Below the pieces are notes generated by a model. The model searched no databases. It saw only the letters and a list, made by a program, of their open reading frames with translations, and was not told the DNA's origin. Shown here one piece after another: positions 12,084 to 25,780 of a DNA stretch of 64,000 nt (its first letter is position 1; each line of letters opens with the position of its first letter). Location of the stretch: positions 207,334-271,333 of the forward strand of contig MU004185.1 of assembly GCA_010093605.1 (NCBI GenBank), given 5' to 3'. A program made the position numbers and the translations under genes. The DNA comes from Lophium mytilinum. Its lineage: Eukaryota.

Positions 12084-12623
12084 ATGTCTCTCGAAACCCT
12101 CGAACCCGGCGGACTATACGTTGTGCTTTTCATCCAAAACGTTCCACCACCAAAGAACGACTTCCACTGGGGACTGTATCTGCACAAGGACAAGGATAAA
12201 GGCGGCACCAAGTATCACATCTGGGATCCCAATCGTGACTGGGTATGGGTTGCAGATCACGGCACCACCACGGGGCTCTTCAAGTCACATGCTCTGGTTG
12301 GGCTTTTCCAAGTGGCGAGAGTATGTCCGGAATTGGAGTGTGAAGTTGATAGCGCGGCCAGGAGCTTTGACGACACCCTGAATCAGCGTCCAGGAATCGG
12401 CTGCGATGTCTGGCTTTTTTGGGTCCTTGAGCTTCTTCGGGAGCCGCGTGGGGCTGATCGATATCAGATTCTCAAGTGCACGGATTTGAAGGCGTTAGAG
12501 GAGGAGGTTCTTGCTTGGGGGAACATGCACATAGAGGATGCAGCTGAGTTATGCAGAACTAAACCAGACATTGGCACGGTGCCACCTCGACCAATCGCTC
12601 TGTCCAAGCTTTGTGGACTCTAG
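12084..12623 (+). CDS. Conserved-looking fungal hypothetical protein, possible papain-like fold (FHWGLY...GCDVW)
   Basis: 179-aa ATG-initiated ORF with globular composition and His and Cys motifs. Confidence 0.65.
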   Translation: MSLETLEPGGLYVVLFIQNVPPPKNDFHWGLYLHKDKDKGGTKYHIWDPNRDWVWVADHGTTTGLFKSHALVGLFQVARVCPELECEVDSAARSFDDTLNQRPGIGCDVWLFWVLELLREPRGADRYQILKCTDLKALEEEVLAWGNMHIEDAAELCRTKPDIGTVPPRPIALSKLCGL

Positions 12624-12831
12624 ACGCATATACATAAACGAAACCTAAGACTCTTGTATTTCTATGAAAAAGTTCACCGCTGTCAGAAATGCCCAACCGC
12701 CGAATCCTTGGAGCCGTGGTTCATGCGCTCAATCATCTCCTTTGGGGAGTTCGGTCGCAGGTTTTTGAAGTGCTAAAGTGGTCATAGAGTCATTGCGAAC
12801 AGTATCAACCGCCAAGTTCTAATATCAGTGA

Positions 12832-13986
12832 ATGCCGTCAATGAGCACAGACCACTCCGCATTTGGCTCCACAAGGACCTATCAAACAACACACTCCTCT
12901 ACCCCACAGCCTCTAATTTCAATTCCGGCGACTACCTTTCGAGGTCCTCTCCATCCCCTTTGTATCCGAGACGGGACTATGGAAGTCACAATTTCGGCTA
13001 CACCTAATGTTCATGAGATGGGGTGGCCATACCGCTTCCTCCCCCCTTCCTTACTCTTGCCTACCTTCGCCTGGCCACATCGCATTCTCGGACAAGTCCC
13101 CTTAGCTACCAAGATTCCACCTACACCAAAACCAAATCATCCCTTAGTCCGCCGATTCTGGGGTTTCATGCATTGCTGTCTGATCAAATTCTCCTATCGC
13201 TACTACTGCCCATGGCTCAGAATTCCCTTCGACAACCAAATTGTCCCTCTTCTCTTTGGGCTAGTCTTGAAGTGGTCCGACGGCACCAGGCTTGAAGAGG
13301 TTCTGGCCACCAAGGTTGCCCGCGCTGCTGGACTTCCAGTTCCTATCATCCTCACCTATGGTGATCATCCGGACACTCCGCACGCTCTAATGTCCATCCT
13401 CATGACACGTCTGCCAGGACAGGAGCTTGGACAGGTGTACATGAAACTCACCAAAGACGACCAGAACACTGCATTGTCAGAGATGCAAACTATCATGAAG
13501 GCGATGCGAGAGTGGCCCAAACCCTGGGATAGAGAACTCATCTGCTCAACCTCTGGCACGGACCTGCGAAGCGTTCGCTTTCCTGGCCTTCCCAAGCACA
13601 GCGCCGGCCCTTGTGGAAGTGAGCAGGAATTCAGCGATCGTCTCCTCAACTCTGCATCTGGGCGCCGAATGTCGCAAGAGGTATTTGAGGAGAAGCTGGC
13701 GAAGGCGAAAAGCATGCCGTCTCTGTCTCACCGGATCGTCTTCAGCCATGGCGATCTCAAGCACTACAATATTCTTTTCTACAAGGGGCATATTTCGGGC
13801 TTCATCGACTGGGAGTCGGCCGGCTGGTATCCTGAGTACTGGGACTTTACTACCGCGTTGAAGTTCTGCCAGAAGGATCACTGGTGGCATACCTTTGTTT
13901 GAAGACTGGGAGGTGAACACTACATAAAGGAGTTAGAGATTGAGAAGGCCTTGCAGAATATTACTAGAGATGCATTTACATGGTAA
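12832..13986 (+). pseudogene. Aminoglycoside-phosphotransferase (APH/choline kinase-like) protein with a premature TGA at 13900-13902; true start uncertain
   Basis: Motifs FSHGDLKHYNIL and FIDWESAGWYPEYWDF. After the TGA the frame continues RLGGEHYIKELEIEKALQNITRDAFTW* to 13986. Confidence 0.75.
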
Positions 13987-14291
13987 TAGGCCCTATGGCA
14001 ACTTGCCTGTTTCACAGCTGGCGGAACTTTCTGTCCCCAAAGATATGCACAATCAGTAATACATAGAATCACCAATCGACAATACAACAATAGCTAAATT
14101 CAAATCGTTAAAGGGAAACCTTATGCACGTGATTAGGTGAGAATTTCGTGTGGCGCACGGACCCCAACTTTCCTCATCCCCTGCATCTTCCATTCCTCCG
14201 TCTCTATCATTCCCCTCGTGATTTCTTACATCCTGGTATCCTTCTGAGCCGCGAATCCTCGCTCGATGGGGCGTGGCACACTATCCGCAAT

Positions 14292-17032
14292 ATGGAGGAC
14301 ACCGCGGCTCCACCTCCAGTAAAGGGATCTATCGCGGCCCTCCCACCAACGACCATCAAGCTCATCGGATCCGCTCAAGTACTATCTGATCCTAGCTCTG
14401 TGGTCAAAGAGCTCATCGACAATGCACTCGATGCTCGCGCAACATCCATCGTGGTTGAGATATCGTCAAATACTCTTGACGTCATCCAAGTCCGGGACAA
14501 CGGCCATGGCATTGCTCCGGAGGACCGTCCTATGGCAGCTCGCCGTTACTGTACGAGCAAGATTCGCAAATTTGATGATTTGAAAGATGTGGGAGGTCGC
14601 TGGCTTGGCTTTCGGGGAGAGGCACTGGCTAGTATGGCAGAGATGAGCGGCTCGCTTTCCATCATTACTCGTGTTGAGGGAGAGGCTGTTGCTATGCTTC
14701 TTAAAATGGCCAGGAACGGCGAAATTTCTGGGTGAGTCCTCAATCTTGAGATCCATTCATGATGAGTGACTATACTGACTACTTACTCAGAAAAGAACGA
14801 GCATCTCATCCTATGGGAACCACAGTCCGTCTCACAGACTTCTTCAAGTCACTTCCAGTCCGCAAACAGGCTGCACTGAAGCACTCTTCGAAGTACCTCG
14901 CCAAAGTCAAGAAGTTGATGCAAGTGTACGCACTATGCAGACCCAAGACAAGGTTCTCTCTTCGAGTACTCAAAGCAGCCAACGAGAAAAGCAACTGGAT
15001 GTATGCACCAAAACCGGACGCCAATGTAGAGGACGCAGCTTTCAAAGTGATCGGCAGAGAGTGTGCCTCTCAGTGTGAATGGACTATCCTGGAATCAAAC
15101 GGGTTTGAGATCCAGGCATTTCTGCCCAAACCAGCGGCTGACGCTTCGAAAATCGGGAACGTTGGCCACTTCATCTCGGTCGACTCGAGGCCGGTTTCCG
15201 CAGTACGTGGCGTTCTGAAGCAGTTCGTCGTGTTGTTCAAAGACAAGATTACGAAGTCGGCCCCGAACCTCTCTGGAGTGAGAGATCCATTCATCTTTAT
15301 GAATATCGTTTGTCCTCCAGATAGTTACGACGCAAACATCGAGCCAGCAAAAGACGACGTTTTGTTCGAGAATAGTGACATGGTCACTGGTGCAGTCCGT
15401 CAGCTGCTCGATGCCTACTATCCGGAATGCCCAAAAATCGATCTGGAACCCTCTTTCGACGCGACAGATCATGATACGCTCGCACAGTCCTCAAGCCAAC
15501 GGCGCAGCGAGATCACTATCTTTGAGGATGAGAGTGAAGCTGAGGAATCTTCTCCGAAACGAAGGCGAACCTGGAGAACCAACATGTACGGCATTGACCA
15601 GGAGGACTTGGACCTACTCGTCGAGAACACACCTGATTTGGATGATGAAAACGATGATGACGACGTCGCAGAACGCCGCAAAGCCTCAATCTCAAATCCG
15701 TGGACCATAGCAAAGATGAACGCGTCGATCAAGGCACCTGCAATGATCTCAGGTGCACCGCTAATGACACCACTCAGAGAGCGAGGCGGCCAGCAGGCCA
15801 ACTCCAGCTCTCCGGTAATCAGCCCGAGCGGGAAACGACAGATATTTGCTCCACTGCCAACACCTGATGCTTCTTCTCCGGGTAAAGTCTCCGCATCCGC
15901 CGACGACGAGAGCTTGCCAGCAGGCATCCAGTATCTGCCAACACCGAGATCCAACGTCAAACCCGCTCGATCATTCTCAACAGATAGATCACAAGACGAC
16001 GAGATCTGCTTTCTGGAAGCCCGGCAAACCCCCGATGAGCCCCGTCATGATTTTCGCAACGCGAGCCAATTGACCTTGGGCACACAGCTAGAGGGCATTC
16101 CCGAAATTCGTACTAGGCCTCATCGAAAACTCCAAACCTCCAGCCAGAGCATCAACAAGCCGTTCGTGCCACCTGTCAGAAACTTGCAGAATGACTGCTT
16201 CAACAATGGGTCGGCTCCTCGATCCTCTCAACCTAGCCGTCGCCGAAAGCAGGGTCGTCGCGCAAGTGCGACTGAACCCCCAGATGAATCAGCTAGGTCC
16301 CAACGACACTTGGTTCTAGACGCTGCCAATGCATTGTTTGACCCCGGAGATACGACTCGGAACCGAGACATAAGAGACTTTGCTGTTCCAAAACAACCTC
16401 CTCAGCTTACACGGACGAGCGCCGATGCTTCGCCCGCCAAACCTCTTCCACAGCGTCGAGTTCGTGTGAACAGGATGGAAGACGAGGATAGTTCTGGCAT
16501 GGAGGAGCCAAGGATCCGACGAGGCCCCGAGCTACCGCCAGAAGAATCTCCTGAGCCTGAAGAGCACATAGTTCCCACAACGTCTTCCTTCACGCCCATT
16601 AACCCGCAGCCCAATATTCCAGGAGAGAGTACTAGGCCTATAGCGACTAAGCGTCGCCGCCGGACTACTGACCACCTCCAGCGAACCAAGTCGGCCAAGC
16701 TGCCCCTCGAGCGAGTGCCACCGGAGTTCCAAATCCAGAACGCTTATCTTGTTGTTGAAACTTCAGTCACGTTTATCGCGGAAAGCTTCCGAAAGCTGGA
16801 TACGACAACTAATTTCGTCGATTGGGAGAAGCCAACTGATCATGCGTATGACGCCTTTTCTATATCGCCCACGCCCGGAATGCTGAAGGCCTGGTGTGCA
16901 AGGCTCGAGCCATGTCTACGAAAGACAAACGCTAGTATGGAGATGGTAGGTGACTTATATGAGTGCGTTCAATCTGCGTTCGCAGCACACGACGATGATG
17001 TTGTGGATGAGAATGTTCCTGCCATATTGTAA
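14292..17032 (+). CDS. MutL-family DNA mismatch repair protein (MLH2/PMS1-like, no visible endonuclease motif); intron 14732-14790
   Basis: GHKL ATPase motifs VVKELIDNALDA, VRDNGHGI, LGFRGEALAS and GTTV; transducer motif YDANIEPAKDDVLF; long disordered C-terminal half. Confidence 0.9.
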
Positions 17033-17732
17033 GACAGAGTGGTCGGGAGATGCGCTTTCGGCCTTCACTTCATCCTACTTACAGTTTCTACCTTGCTGAC
17101 CAACATCATTGTTTTTGCTTACCCGTTTCCTCTCACACGTTGATGATGGGAGGTAAAACAAATCTTCCTGTCTCACTATTTTGCTATTGTAAGTACATTT
17201 GTTCTGATTTTGATCTCGTAACTTTTCCTCGGGGATGCCAAAGGTCATCATATTCTATCTAGATACCCATTTGCCATTAGCCCAGCCAATTCACGACATC
17301 TCTTCTAAATACAAGATGTATGGGGTGTTCTCGGTGTGCCACAGAGTTATCAGTTGCGCCATCTATCTTTCCCGAGTTTCCATCCATCCTTGTGATCTTC
17401 AACAATCAACGCTTGTCTTCTAAGCGAGATCCACTACGCTATTTGGCCAGACGGTTTAGGAAATATTCCGTTTCAGGCTCGATAGTGCGTGCGCTAATAT
17501 GGCTTTCCCTTTCAAATGGGAACAGCGTCCGCTTTCAGCGCTACCATCAATACAGCTTTTTTGGGCTAAACGGTTTAGGAAAGGTTACGATTTGGGCATG
17601 ATACGAGTTATGCTGAGGTCATCTCATATCACCCCTACCCCAGCGTTCAGAATCTCATTTATCTAGTCATACACCTTTTCGCCTTCTAGTTTCCGCCTTT
17701 TGACCCAGATCCTTCCATCCATTTTATCAACC

Positions 17733-19016
17733 ATGGCCCCATCAAGTCTCTCTGACCCAGCCATATCCCAAATCAAGGCCCTGCTAACCACTTTCCTTGC
17801 CTCATCCACTACATCTTCTCCAGGCATCGGAATTCAAGTGACAACTGCAGCCGGAACACAACTCCTCTCTTTCTCCGCCATCCCCGAATCCGCTCCCTCG
17901 ACCCAGTTCCAGACATCGCATAAAACTTTCTCACCCACCTCCATCGCCCCCATCCACTCGTTCACTAAACTCGTCATCACCATCGCCTGTCTCCAGCTAG
18001 TCGAACGCGGACTCTTCTCCCTTGACGACGAGGCTTTAATCCCAACCCATCTCCCCGAACTCGCGGAGAAGAAATTGTTCGTCGGTTTCGCCGACAACGA
18101 GCCCGGAACCCCGAACTTCGAAGACCGCAAAAGTTCGCTTACCCTCCGCCACCTCCTAACGCATATCTACGGCGGTGCGCACTCCTTTTTTGACGCCAAA
18201 CTCCTTGCCTACCAGCAAGAGATAGGCAAAGGGAACTGGCCCACCAACTTCTGGCACTCCATGCGAGACAGTCCGCTCTGCTACCAGCCCGGTGAACGTT
18301 TCGCGTACGGCGCGGGGATGGACTGGGTCGCCGTGCTAATCGAGCGCGTTACCGGGCAGAGCATGAGCGCCAACCTCGCCTCGAATGTCTTCGAGCCGTT
18401 AGGAATGGCGGATACCAGTTACATCCGCGAGGTCCCTGAAGCTCTAAAGCATCGTGTCTGTGTCGCTTCGTTCGGAGCATTCGCGCAGATCTTTAAGGAC
18501 TGGGATAAGCCGATGGAGAAGGATGTCGAAGAGGAAAAGGCGGGGAAGGCGAGGCAGCACCGGTATCCGGGGAGTGTTGGGCTATTTTCTAGTATGAGGG
18601 ATTTTGGGAAGTTGTTGGCTGTATTGTTGAATCGTGGGACGTGTCCGGCGATTGGGATACAAGTTTTGAGGACGGAGACGGTGCAGCAGATGTTTCAGCC
18701 TCAGACCTCGAGCGAAGCGGCGAGGTGGAGGCAGGTGGGGTCGACGCTCCCAGCGATTGCGTTGCCAGTTGATCTGACCATCAAGGATCCGGTGGGTAAT
18801 GTAGGTTTGGGTGGATGTGTGCAAGGTGAGAATAGGGGGAGGGGAAGGAAGAAGGGGAGTTTGTACTGGTACGGCGCGACGAATTTGGATTGGTGGGTTG
18901 ATCCCGCCGCCGGGATCGCGGTGCAGATCTGGGGCAATTATTCGCCGTGGAACGATGAGAAGTGGGTGGAAGTGGTGGATGCCCTAGAGGGGATGGTGTA
19001 TGGAGGCTTGAGATGA
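17733..19016 (+). CDS. Beta-lactamase/transpeptidase-fold serine hydrolase (class C / LovD-like esterase family)
   Basis: SxxK motif HSFTKL, LRHLLTH, YQPGERFAYGAGMDW, YWYGATNLDWWVDP; intronless. Confidence 0.88.
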   Translation: MAPSSLSDPAISQIKALLTTFLASSTTSSPGIGIQVTTAAGTQLLSFSAIPESAPSTQFQTSHKTFSPTSIAPIHSFTKLVITIACLQLVERGLFSLDDEALIPTHLPELAEKKLFVGFADNEPGTPNFEDRKSSLTLRHLLTHIYGGAHSFFDAKLLAYQQEIGKGNWPTNFWHSMRDSPLCYQPGERFAYGAGMDWVAVLIERVTGQSMSANLASNVFEPLGMADTSYIREVPEALKHRVCVASFGAFAQIFKDWDKPMEKDVEEEKAGKARQHRYPGSVGLFSSMRDFGKLLAVLLNRGTCPAIGIQVLRTETVQQMFQPQTSSEAARWRQVGSTLPAIALPVDLTIKDPVGNVGLGGCVQGENRGRGRKKGSLYWYGATNLDWWVDPAAGIAVQIWGNYSPWNDEKWVEVVDALEGMVYGGLR

Positions 19017-19954
19017 TCTTCCTGTGAGGGAAAGGGGTGCGCCTCGCGGTAACACCCTGATATAAAAGCATTGTGGGTTTGGAAAGTTGATATAGGAGCT
19101 GTGATAAATGCATTTTCAATCGGGATAAGTCAACGGGGTCGTAATGAATGATAGTTAAAGACATTTCACAGGCCTCCTCTGTTACTTTACGTTGTGCAAA
19201 TTTAAGTGCCTGACATGCCATATCAGGTTGACTAGTTGCAAATAACCGGAGAGTGTGAGGATAGCTGACTGTAGAATACTCGACTTGGTATGTGTGGTTG
19301 CGCTACACGGAATTCTAACCGAGGATCCTCACGGAGTATATACCGAGAGGGTTGATCCTCTAGATCTACATGAGGATTCATAAAGATCTAGCTGAGGATC
19401 TACAGGTGAAAGCTTCCTAGGGCAGTCAATGTGTAACGTCTCACAAAACTCTTCTTTGAGGTCTGGAAAACAAAATCAATGTGAGCCTGCGGTCTAACGC
19501 TCAGAGGAAGGATTTGTATCTTTCCTACGTATCATAGCCTCATAGACATCGTCTACCGGTAGGAGAGTGCATAAATCACGGGAACGCGCGTTCTTAGTGT
19601 CCACTAGCGCGACAGCGCATCTTGCTTGCTTTTTATACCTACCCCTCCTGCCTAAAACATCCCCAATTCCTACCCCTCTCCCCTTGACCTCCTCCGTCAA
19701 ACGACACATGAACAGCAAAACTTGTAGCGTATATAGGGCATCTGATGAATTGGTGCGCCACAAAGCACTAGGTAAGTAGTTCGCCTGCCTACTATCTTGT
19801 CTACAGATTCACTAACTTCTGCTATTTTAGCGCTACCGAGAAAACCTGATCCCATTGGAACCTACATCTCACGCAACTCTTTGTCGTTCGACGGAAGCAC
19901 CCTTTGCAAGCGCAAACAAGTTGGGATAGGGGGTAGAGAGAACGCTACCCAGCC

Positions 19955-22805
19955 ATGGCTTCACAGGTCACTAGCTATGAGCGCTACAAAGCGGACACGA
20001 ACCTCTTCACGACGTGGCTTGGGACAACAGCTAAAACCTGTGGTTGGAAACCGTCTTCGAAACTTAGTGAGTGTACTTTGAGTTTGCAGCTACTCGACGA
20101 TCGATGGATCTATATCTCCCACACTTGGAATGCAGCTTGAAAGAGGATAGCTCGCTAACCTTGTTGTAGCGGCTACGACAAACACCCCGACGACTGAAAA
20201 AGAAGCAGCAAAAGGGCCGCGACTGAAGGGCAAGGCTCGCAAGCTTGCCAAAGAAGAGGCACAGGGTTCCTCTGCGTCTATGAACAAAGTCGCGCCGAAA
20301 GAGTCTAGACCGATACAAAAATACATCATCACCACCGAAGAGCTTCTCGAGCAAGTCGACGTGGTCTCCACGTCTCGGAGCTCGATGATGCCCGATGCGA
20401 TACGTAAAGCGCTTTCAGGTGCTATCAAAGCGCGGCAGAGATGCGCTGCTTGGTTCGAGAAGACCAACTCAGCAACTCGAGGTAGGTGGCCGGCGAATTG
20501 AGTGAGTGCCCATCACTGTATCCTAATGAATATGACAGAGTCCTTGGATGGCCATCAGTACTTCATTGGAGTGCTTCAACGAGCTTTGAACAAACTCGGA
20601 GTTACTACACCCCTACCTAAATCGGTTCCCGGCCTTGACGCTGCGAATGAAGGCGAAGAGGACCTTACCTTTATGCTAAATGCTTTTGAGGCGCTGGAAG
20701 TTGAGGACATCACTGAAGAGGAGACTCTAAAGTCCCTTCAATCAGAGGCCGCAAACGAAAGCAAAACCCTCAATGACTCGTATGAAGTCAAAGTGGACGA
20801 CAACGCGGAAATTGCCTTCAAAATCTTCTCGTTATTCGAAGACATTCATAGGATTCGGACGGAGCTCAGACAGGTCTGGACGCAATTCCGCGATGGTCAA
20901 ATTCAACTGCTTCAAGCCTCTGTATTGACGACAGCTGCCCTGGAAATTGTAGACCAGGCTGAGAAAGAGGTCTATCAAGCATATGCGACTACCAACAAAG
21001 CGACACCAAACACATACAAAGACCTTGCTGGACTCATCTATGCCACTGAAGCACTGACCAGAGGCCAAGACTCCGATTTCATGCCTGAGCCAACCGAGAT
21101 CAAGTTCGTGAAATTGGAGGATGTTCACAAACTTCGGGACCTCTATGACAGCGACGATGATGATACAGACCTACCACCGACTAGAAGCTTGGAGATTCCT
21201 CCTTTCGATGAGTTCGTTCTGCTACCCACTGGCCGCACCCTCTTAAGATTGGCACAGTACAAGGATTTCGTTGCAACAACCGGCTGGCCATATCCTATCC
21301 CAGGAATGCAACTCAACTATGTCCGTCGCCCAGAGTTACTTGATGACCCGAGGATTCAAAAGTTCATGAAACAAGACGAGTTCCTGTGTCAAGTTTTCCT
21401 CGATATGACATTGGAGGAAGGCATCAGACGCCCGGGGAAAAAAGTTCGAAGAGAGATCAACAGCTTGGCACCTCATTTAGCATTGGAGTACGATGATCCG
21501 TTCCACTCGATAATGCGTCAAGTCTGGTCAGAAGGAACGGTAACAACAAGAATGGTGTTCGCTGCACAGGTCTTGTGGGACATGTCTGAGATTTGCTACT
21601 CTGCTCCATCACCTCTCGATATCATGAAGGCTGCATCCGGTCAAGTTCAGGACTCGTTCAAGTTCTTTGTTGACTCATCTGGGACTTTGGATACTGAAGA
21701 CGTCAGATGGCTGAGTAAGGACCAGGGTCTCATCATGAAAATATATGGGCGAATGAGTTTCAACCTTGTCCAACCGCCAGTGAGCATGCTGAAGGCAATG
21801 GCGATGAAAGGACTCACTACTCAGCCGAAAATGGGCCACAGCTTTCCATCGGAGATGTTCAATAACCCGGGAAGAATCGCCAAATGGGAAGGAAATGCAA
21901 AGAAGATCAAAGCAGACCAGATGACTGAGCCCAACAAAGACGCTAGCTTCTTGCTGAAAGCCAACCCCCTTTACGCCGGGACTCTTCTTCTTGATGTTGC
22001 GGCCATGGTGGAAGAGGCGGGAGTTGCCCTAGCAAATCATCATTTGTCAATCTTCTGCGTCGCTCATCTCTACAACGCCCTTCGTAGGTTCGGACTTCTC
22101 GACGTCAACTGGCCAGATCTTGAGCGGATCATCGAGCTGCACAAAGGCGCGATATTTGCCAACGACATCCCTAGTATTTCCAACGAGATGGTGGCCCGGT
22201 TCTCCTACCGAACGGGGCTTTCAACGCCGAACTCTCGTCGCTTCGAGACGAAGAAGCCGTGGAAATTTCAGACCACGCCAGCTACTCAGGCCCTTCGCGG
22301 TTTCTTTGGTACAAAGGAGCCGATGTCTCGCCTCATGGATAATCTACGCACCCAAGCCGAGTCGCACGAGCTGAAGATCGATGACCCGGTTCTGGAACGC
22401 TCAGATCTCCCAAAGACTGGCAGGAGCAGTAAGACATTGACCCTCACACCTCGCCACGCTCTTGTTGAGATGGGTCGCTACATTGGAGCCATCCTGCCCG
22501 ACATTGAACTCGACTACGTTACCTTGACGAGAACCTGCAACAAGCTCCTGAGGCAGCTTCGCTCACGCATAAGATCTGAGTTCGGCATTGACTATCCTAC
22601 TATTCGGGAGTATCCCGGCGATTCGAATGATCACAGCGTGATGCTTGTCGTCTTAGGGATTCTCACAGAGGCGAATGACGTGTCGAAGAAGCGATCCAAA
22701 CGTAAAAAGACTAAGAATGAAGAGCCACATGACATGTGGAAGAATGCGCCGCAGCTGATACTCGCGAGGGATATGCTGAAGAAGTGTGTTGAGCCCGTAA
22801 ACTGA
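19955..22805 (+). CDS. DUF6604-type fungal hypothetical protein (introns ~20067-20169 and ~20482-20538)
   Basis: N-terminal YERYKADTNLFTTWL...GPRLKGKARK...AIKARQRCAAWF...HQYFIGVLQRA...NAFEALEVED pattern (family recalled, not searched); long open frame to 22805. Confidence 0.75.
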
Positions 22806-23118
22806 GCGCTCGAGTCTTTCGTAGTCAACATCTTAACGACTGCTATAGGCCAGATGGCGAGTAGTCTCGATTTTTCCTCCGCGCCGGCAAGCTGTTACCG
22901 GCGGATGAGGAGGAATTGTGAAATGGCATTCAAGGTTGACGGCATGAATCAGATTGGCATGTACACCCCTTACTCAAAACGATTTCGATACTGCCTAGTC
23001 TCTCCCTCCGAACTAATAGAGGAATGAGCGCAATATCTGTTTCCAACAGGATAAACCCAGACTGTATTCATCGTTCACGTGACATGAAACTCGCGCCTCA
23101 CTCCCACACAAACCAAAC

Positions 23119-23956
23119 CTACCACGGTTGCACTCCCGCCCGATTCACCACCAATCCGACCCTATCATCCCTGACCCCCTCAATCACGTCTTTGATAAAG
23201 ATCCCCCCCACATCCGCGTTCTCCGCTCCCATCTTCTTCATCGCCTCCGGGTTACCAGCCAGTCCCGTCGCCAGCAGCCCCGGCGAGATGCACCAGATCT
23301 TCACGCCGTGCTCCTTCAGCCTATTGCACCACCCCAGCATCTGCATGTTCATTGCCGTTTTGCTGCAGCGGTAGCCGAATGGATACGTGATCCCAGGCCG
23401 GGGGTGGAGGCCTGCAGTTGCGGTGGTTAGAGACGAGAGGCCGGAGGTCACGAAGAGCAGACGTGGGGATTTGGATTTCAGGAGGAGGGGCTCGAAGACC
23501 ACGGTCAGAACTTGGGTGCTGGTGACGTTGAGGTTGTAGGCGCGGTTCATGGCGGTGCGGATGGAGGCAGGGGATCCGTCGGCCATGTCGGTGTCGAATT
23601 GGGCACCTGTTATGTTGGTCAGCTCGATCCTTATTGGGGGAAATAGAAAAAAGGGCATGGCGCGTACCTGCGTTGTTGATCAAAACATCAATGTACCCGA
23701 CGCTGGACTTCACGGTCTCGAAGGCTGCGGTTATGGACTCGTCGCTCTCGATGTCAAGCTGCAGCGGTACGAGCTTGCTGGCGGTATCTGAGAACTCTTT
23801 TTCAAGAGTAGCAATAGCATTGTTGACTTTCTCGATTGATCGTCCGCTTAGCAAGATAGTGTATGGACCCTTGGAGGATACATAGAGGGCTTTCACGGAC
23901 TCGTAGCCTATGCCCGTGTTTCCCCCAGTGATGAGAACGATGGTGTTGCCAGACAT
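23119..23956 (-). CDS. Short-chain dehydrogenase/reductase (one intron at ~23608-23667)
   Basis: VLITGGNTGIG Rossmann motif, DVLINNAG, catalytic YRCSK, ISPGLLAT. Confidence 0.9.
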
Positions 23957-24935
23957 TTTGCTTTTGAGTTCTGAGTATACTGTGAAGTGACTGAAGGAAT
24001 TCGATCTTAATCGAACCGCACAAGAAGCGTTGTCCGTTGTATATGACTCCCTTGTACGAATTCTCGCGTAGTTTGCACGGCTGGAGTCCGAAACCGGGTT
24101 CGGGGATAGTGACGGACTTAGGAAGCTAAGCTTTCGACCGCTCACAGTCCGCTCTTCTTTCAAGTCGGCATCACTTTTTGGGGGTTTGATTACTTGGTTT
24201 ACTCTGCGGCGGAGGCATAACGTCCCGACGGACCATCGGATGTCACTCTCTTTCGAAACAACGACACAAATGTAGCCTATAAGAAGTGAGGATGATTCTC
24301 AGGCCTCTCGCTCAGACCTCCCACCACGCATCTCCTTTCTCCTTCGCCGTCTGTGCTGCAAAAGTATCATACAGTATTCATGAAGGTACTGTGAGTCGAA
24401 TCTGGGAGCTGTGTGGACCTGCCCTACGCCATAGGCTGCTTTTGCCGGTAAACGTACGGGTTTGGATCTATTTTGGATGGGCATTTGGTCTAGATGTACA
24501 ATTATGCATGTTCCGTACATGACTGTGAAAGGGGCGAGGCCGTTGCCCCTGTTCATGGAGGCGTTGAGCCCCAGTCTATCATGCTTCATGAGGATCAGTT
24601 GCGTCGCGCGTCCGATGTTCCCAGAACCTACAGTATAGAGGCCCTTATCTTCGGGGCGCTCTCGGCGGTGAGTCTCTCCAGACTTGTGATTTGAGTGGAA
24701 GTTGAGCGAAAAGTGGTGCTGTGAAGGCTAGCAGCCCTGGCTACGGACGGAAGAAAGTGGACAGCATATTTACGTCGGCCCAGGTGTTGGACGTGCTCTT
24801 TATGGGGACGGACACCTTACTGAGCGCTCTAACCTTACCTACTAATTTGTCCGTCTTTACTTCATATCACCCAACTGCAGGTAAGCGCTGCCCTTTCCAA
24901 AACACCGCATTTGCACACCGGCTTTTGTCTCCACT

Positions 24936-25780
24936 ATGGCGGACCAAGAATCGTGGGTTGAATTGGATGGCAAGCCGGTTAAACCCATACAGAGCGGCGT
25001 TTCGGATCAACAGCAAGCTCTTGACAAGGTGAGTCGAAACCTGTTGGAAGCGAGAACATGGCTAACCACATGTATCAGACAGTCGACAACGATTTGCTCC
25101 ATCAGCTCCCTTTCGAACTCAAGGAAATGGTCTATGAGCATACCTTTCCGGACAAGGTCGTGTGGGCCGACCGAAAGCGGATCACGAGGAAGACTTTGTC
25201 GTTTCGACACGACGGTGAAAAGTGCAGTCTTGGACTGCTACGTACTTCAATCACCACCAAGATGATGGCGCTCCCCGGTCTTTATGCTTTCGCAGCATTC
25301 CAAGTCAGGATCCAATCCAACGCGATCAGTTTCCTTGGAAAAAGACACATCAACGGCGGCACCATACCGAGTTTAGAGCACGTCCGAAACGTGCACATCA
25401 TTCTCGACGTCATGAAGGCACCGGCATTCGAACTGGACGAGCCTGGCAGATGGGAAGACAAGGCCGCCTTGTTGCGGAGGAAGATCCAACTCGCAAAACT
25501 CCAACAAAATGTCAACACTATTTCACAGGAGCTGAAAAGGTGCGATGCCATGCGAAGCCTGTGTGTCGTCCTTACCGAGAATGGGCATCCACCGGAGGAT
25601 GTGTACTACACGGAGTCCGTCAAAACCATCGTACTACCACTTAATGATATGGTGCCCAAGACAAAGGTCTCGATACTGTACTCATCGGAGTATGGTAGCA
25701 TGGAATATTTCCTCGGATATGGACGTCTCACTCTAACGAACTTGAATATTGAGGCTGTTAGAGAATGGCTGGGTTCTTGA
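24936..25780 (+). CDS. Hypothetical protein with F-box-like motif (intron ~25029-25078)
   Basis: Exon 1 MADQESW...ALDK, then a GTGAGT..CTAAC..CAG intron, then TVDNDLLHQLPFELKEMVYEHTF. Confidence 0.65.

Noticed and set aside
19360..19391. Short hairpin CTAGATCT...AGATCTAG
   Set aside because: The arms are only 8-12 bp and GATC-rich with no TSD, which is plausible by chance.
8209..23956. Secondary-metabolite biosynthetic cluster (nitrilase, APH, beta-lactamase-fold hydrolase, SDR)
   Set aside because: There is no PKS, NRPS, terpene synthase or DMATS backbone gene, and the genes are interspersed with a MutL homolog.
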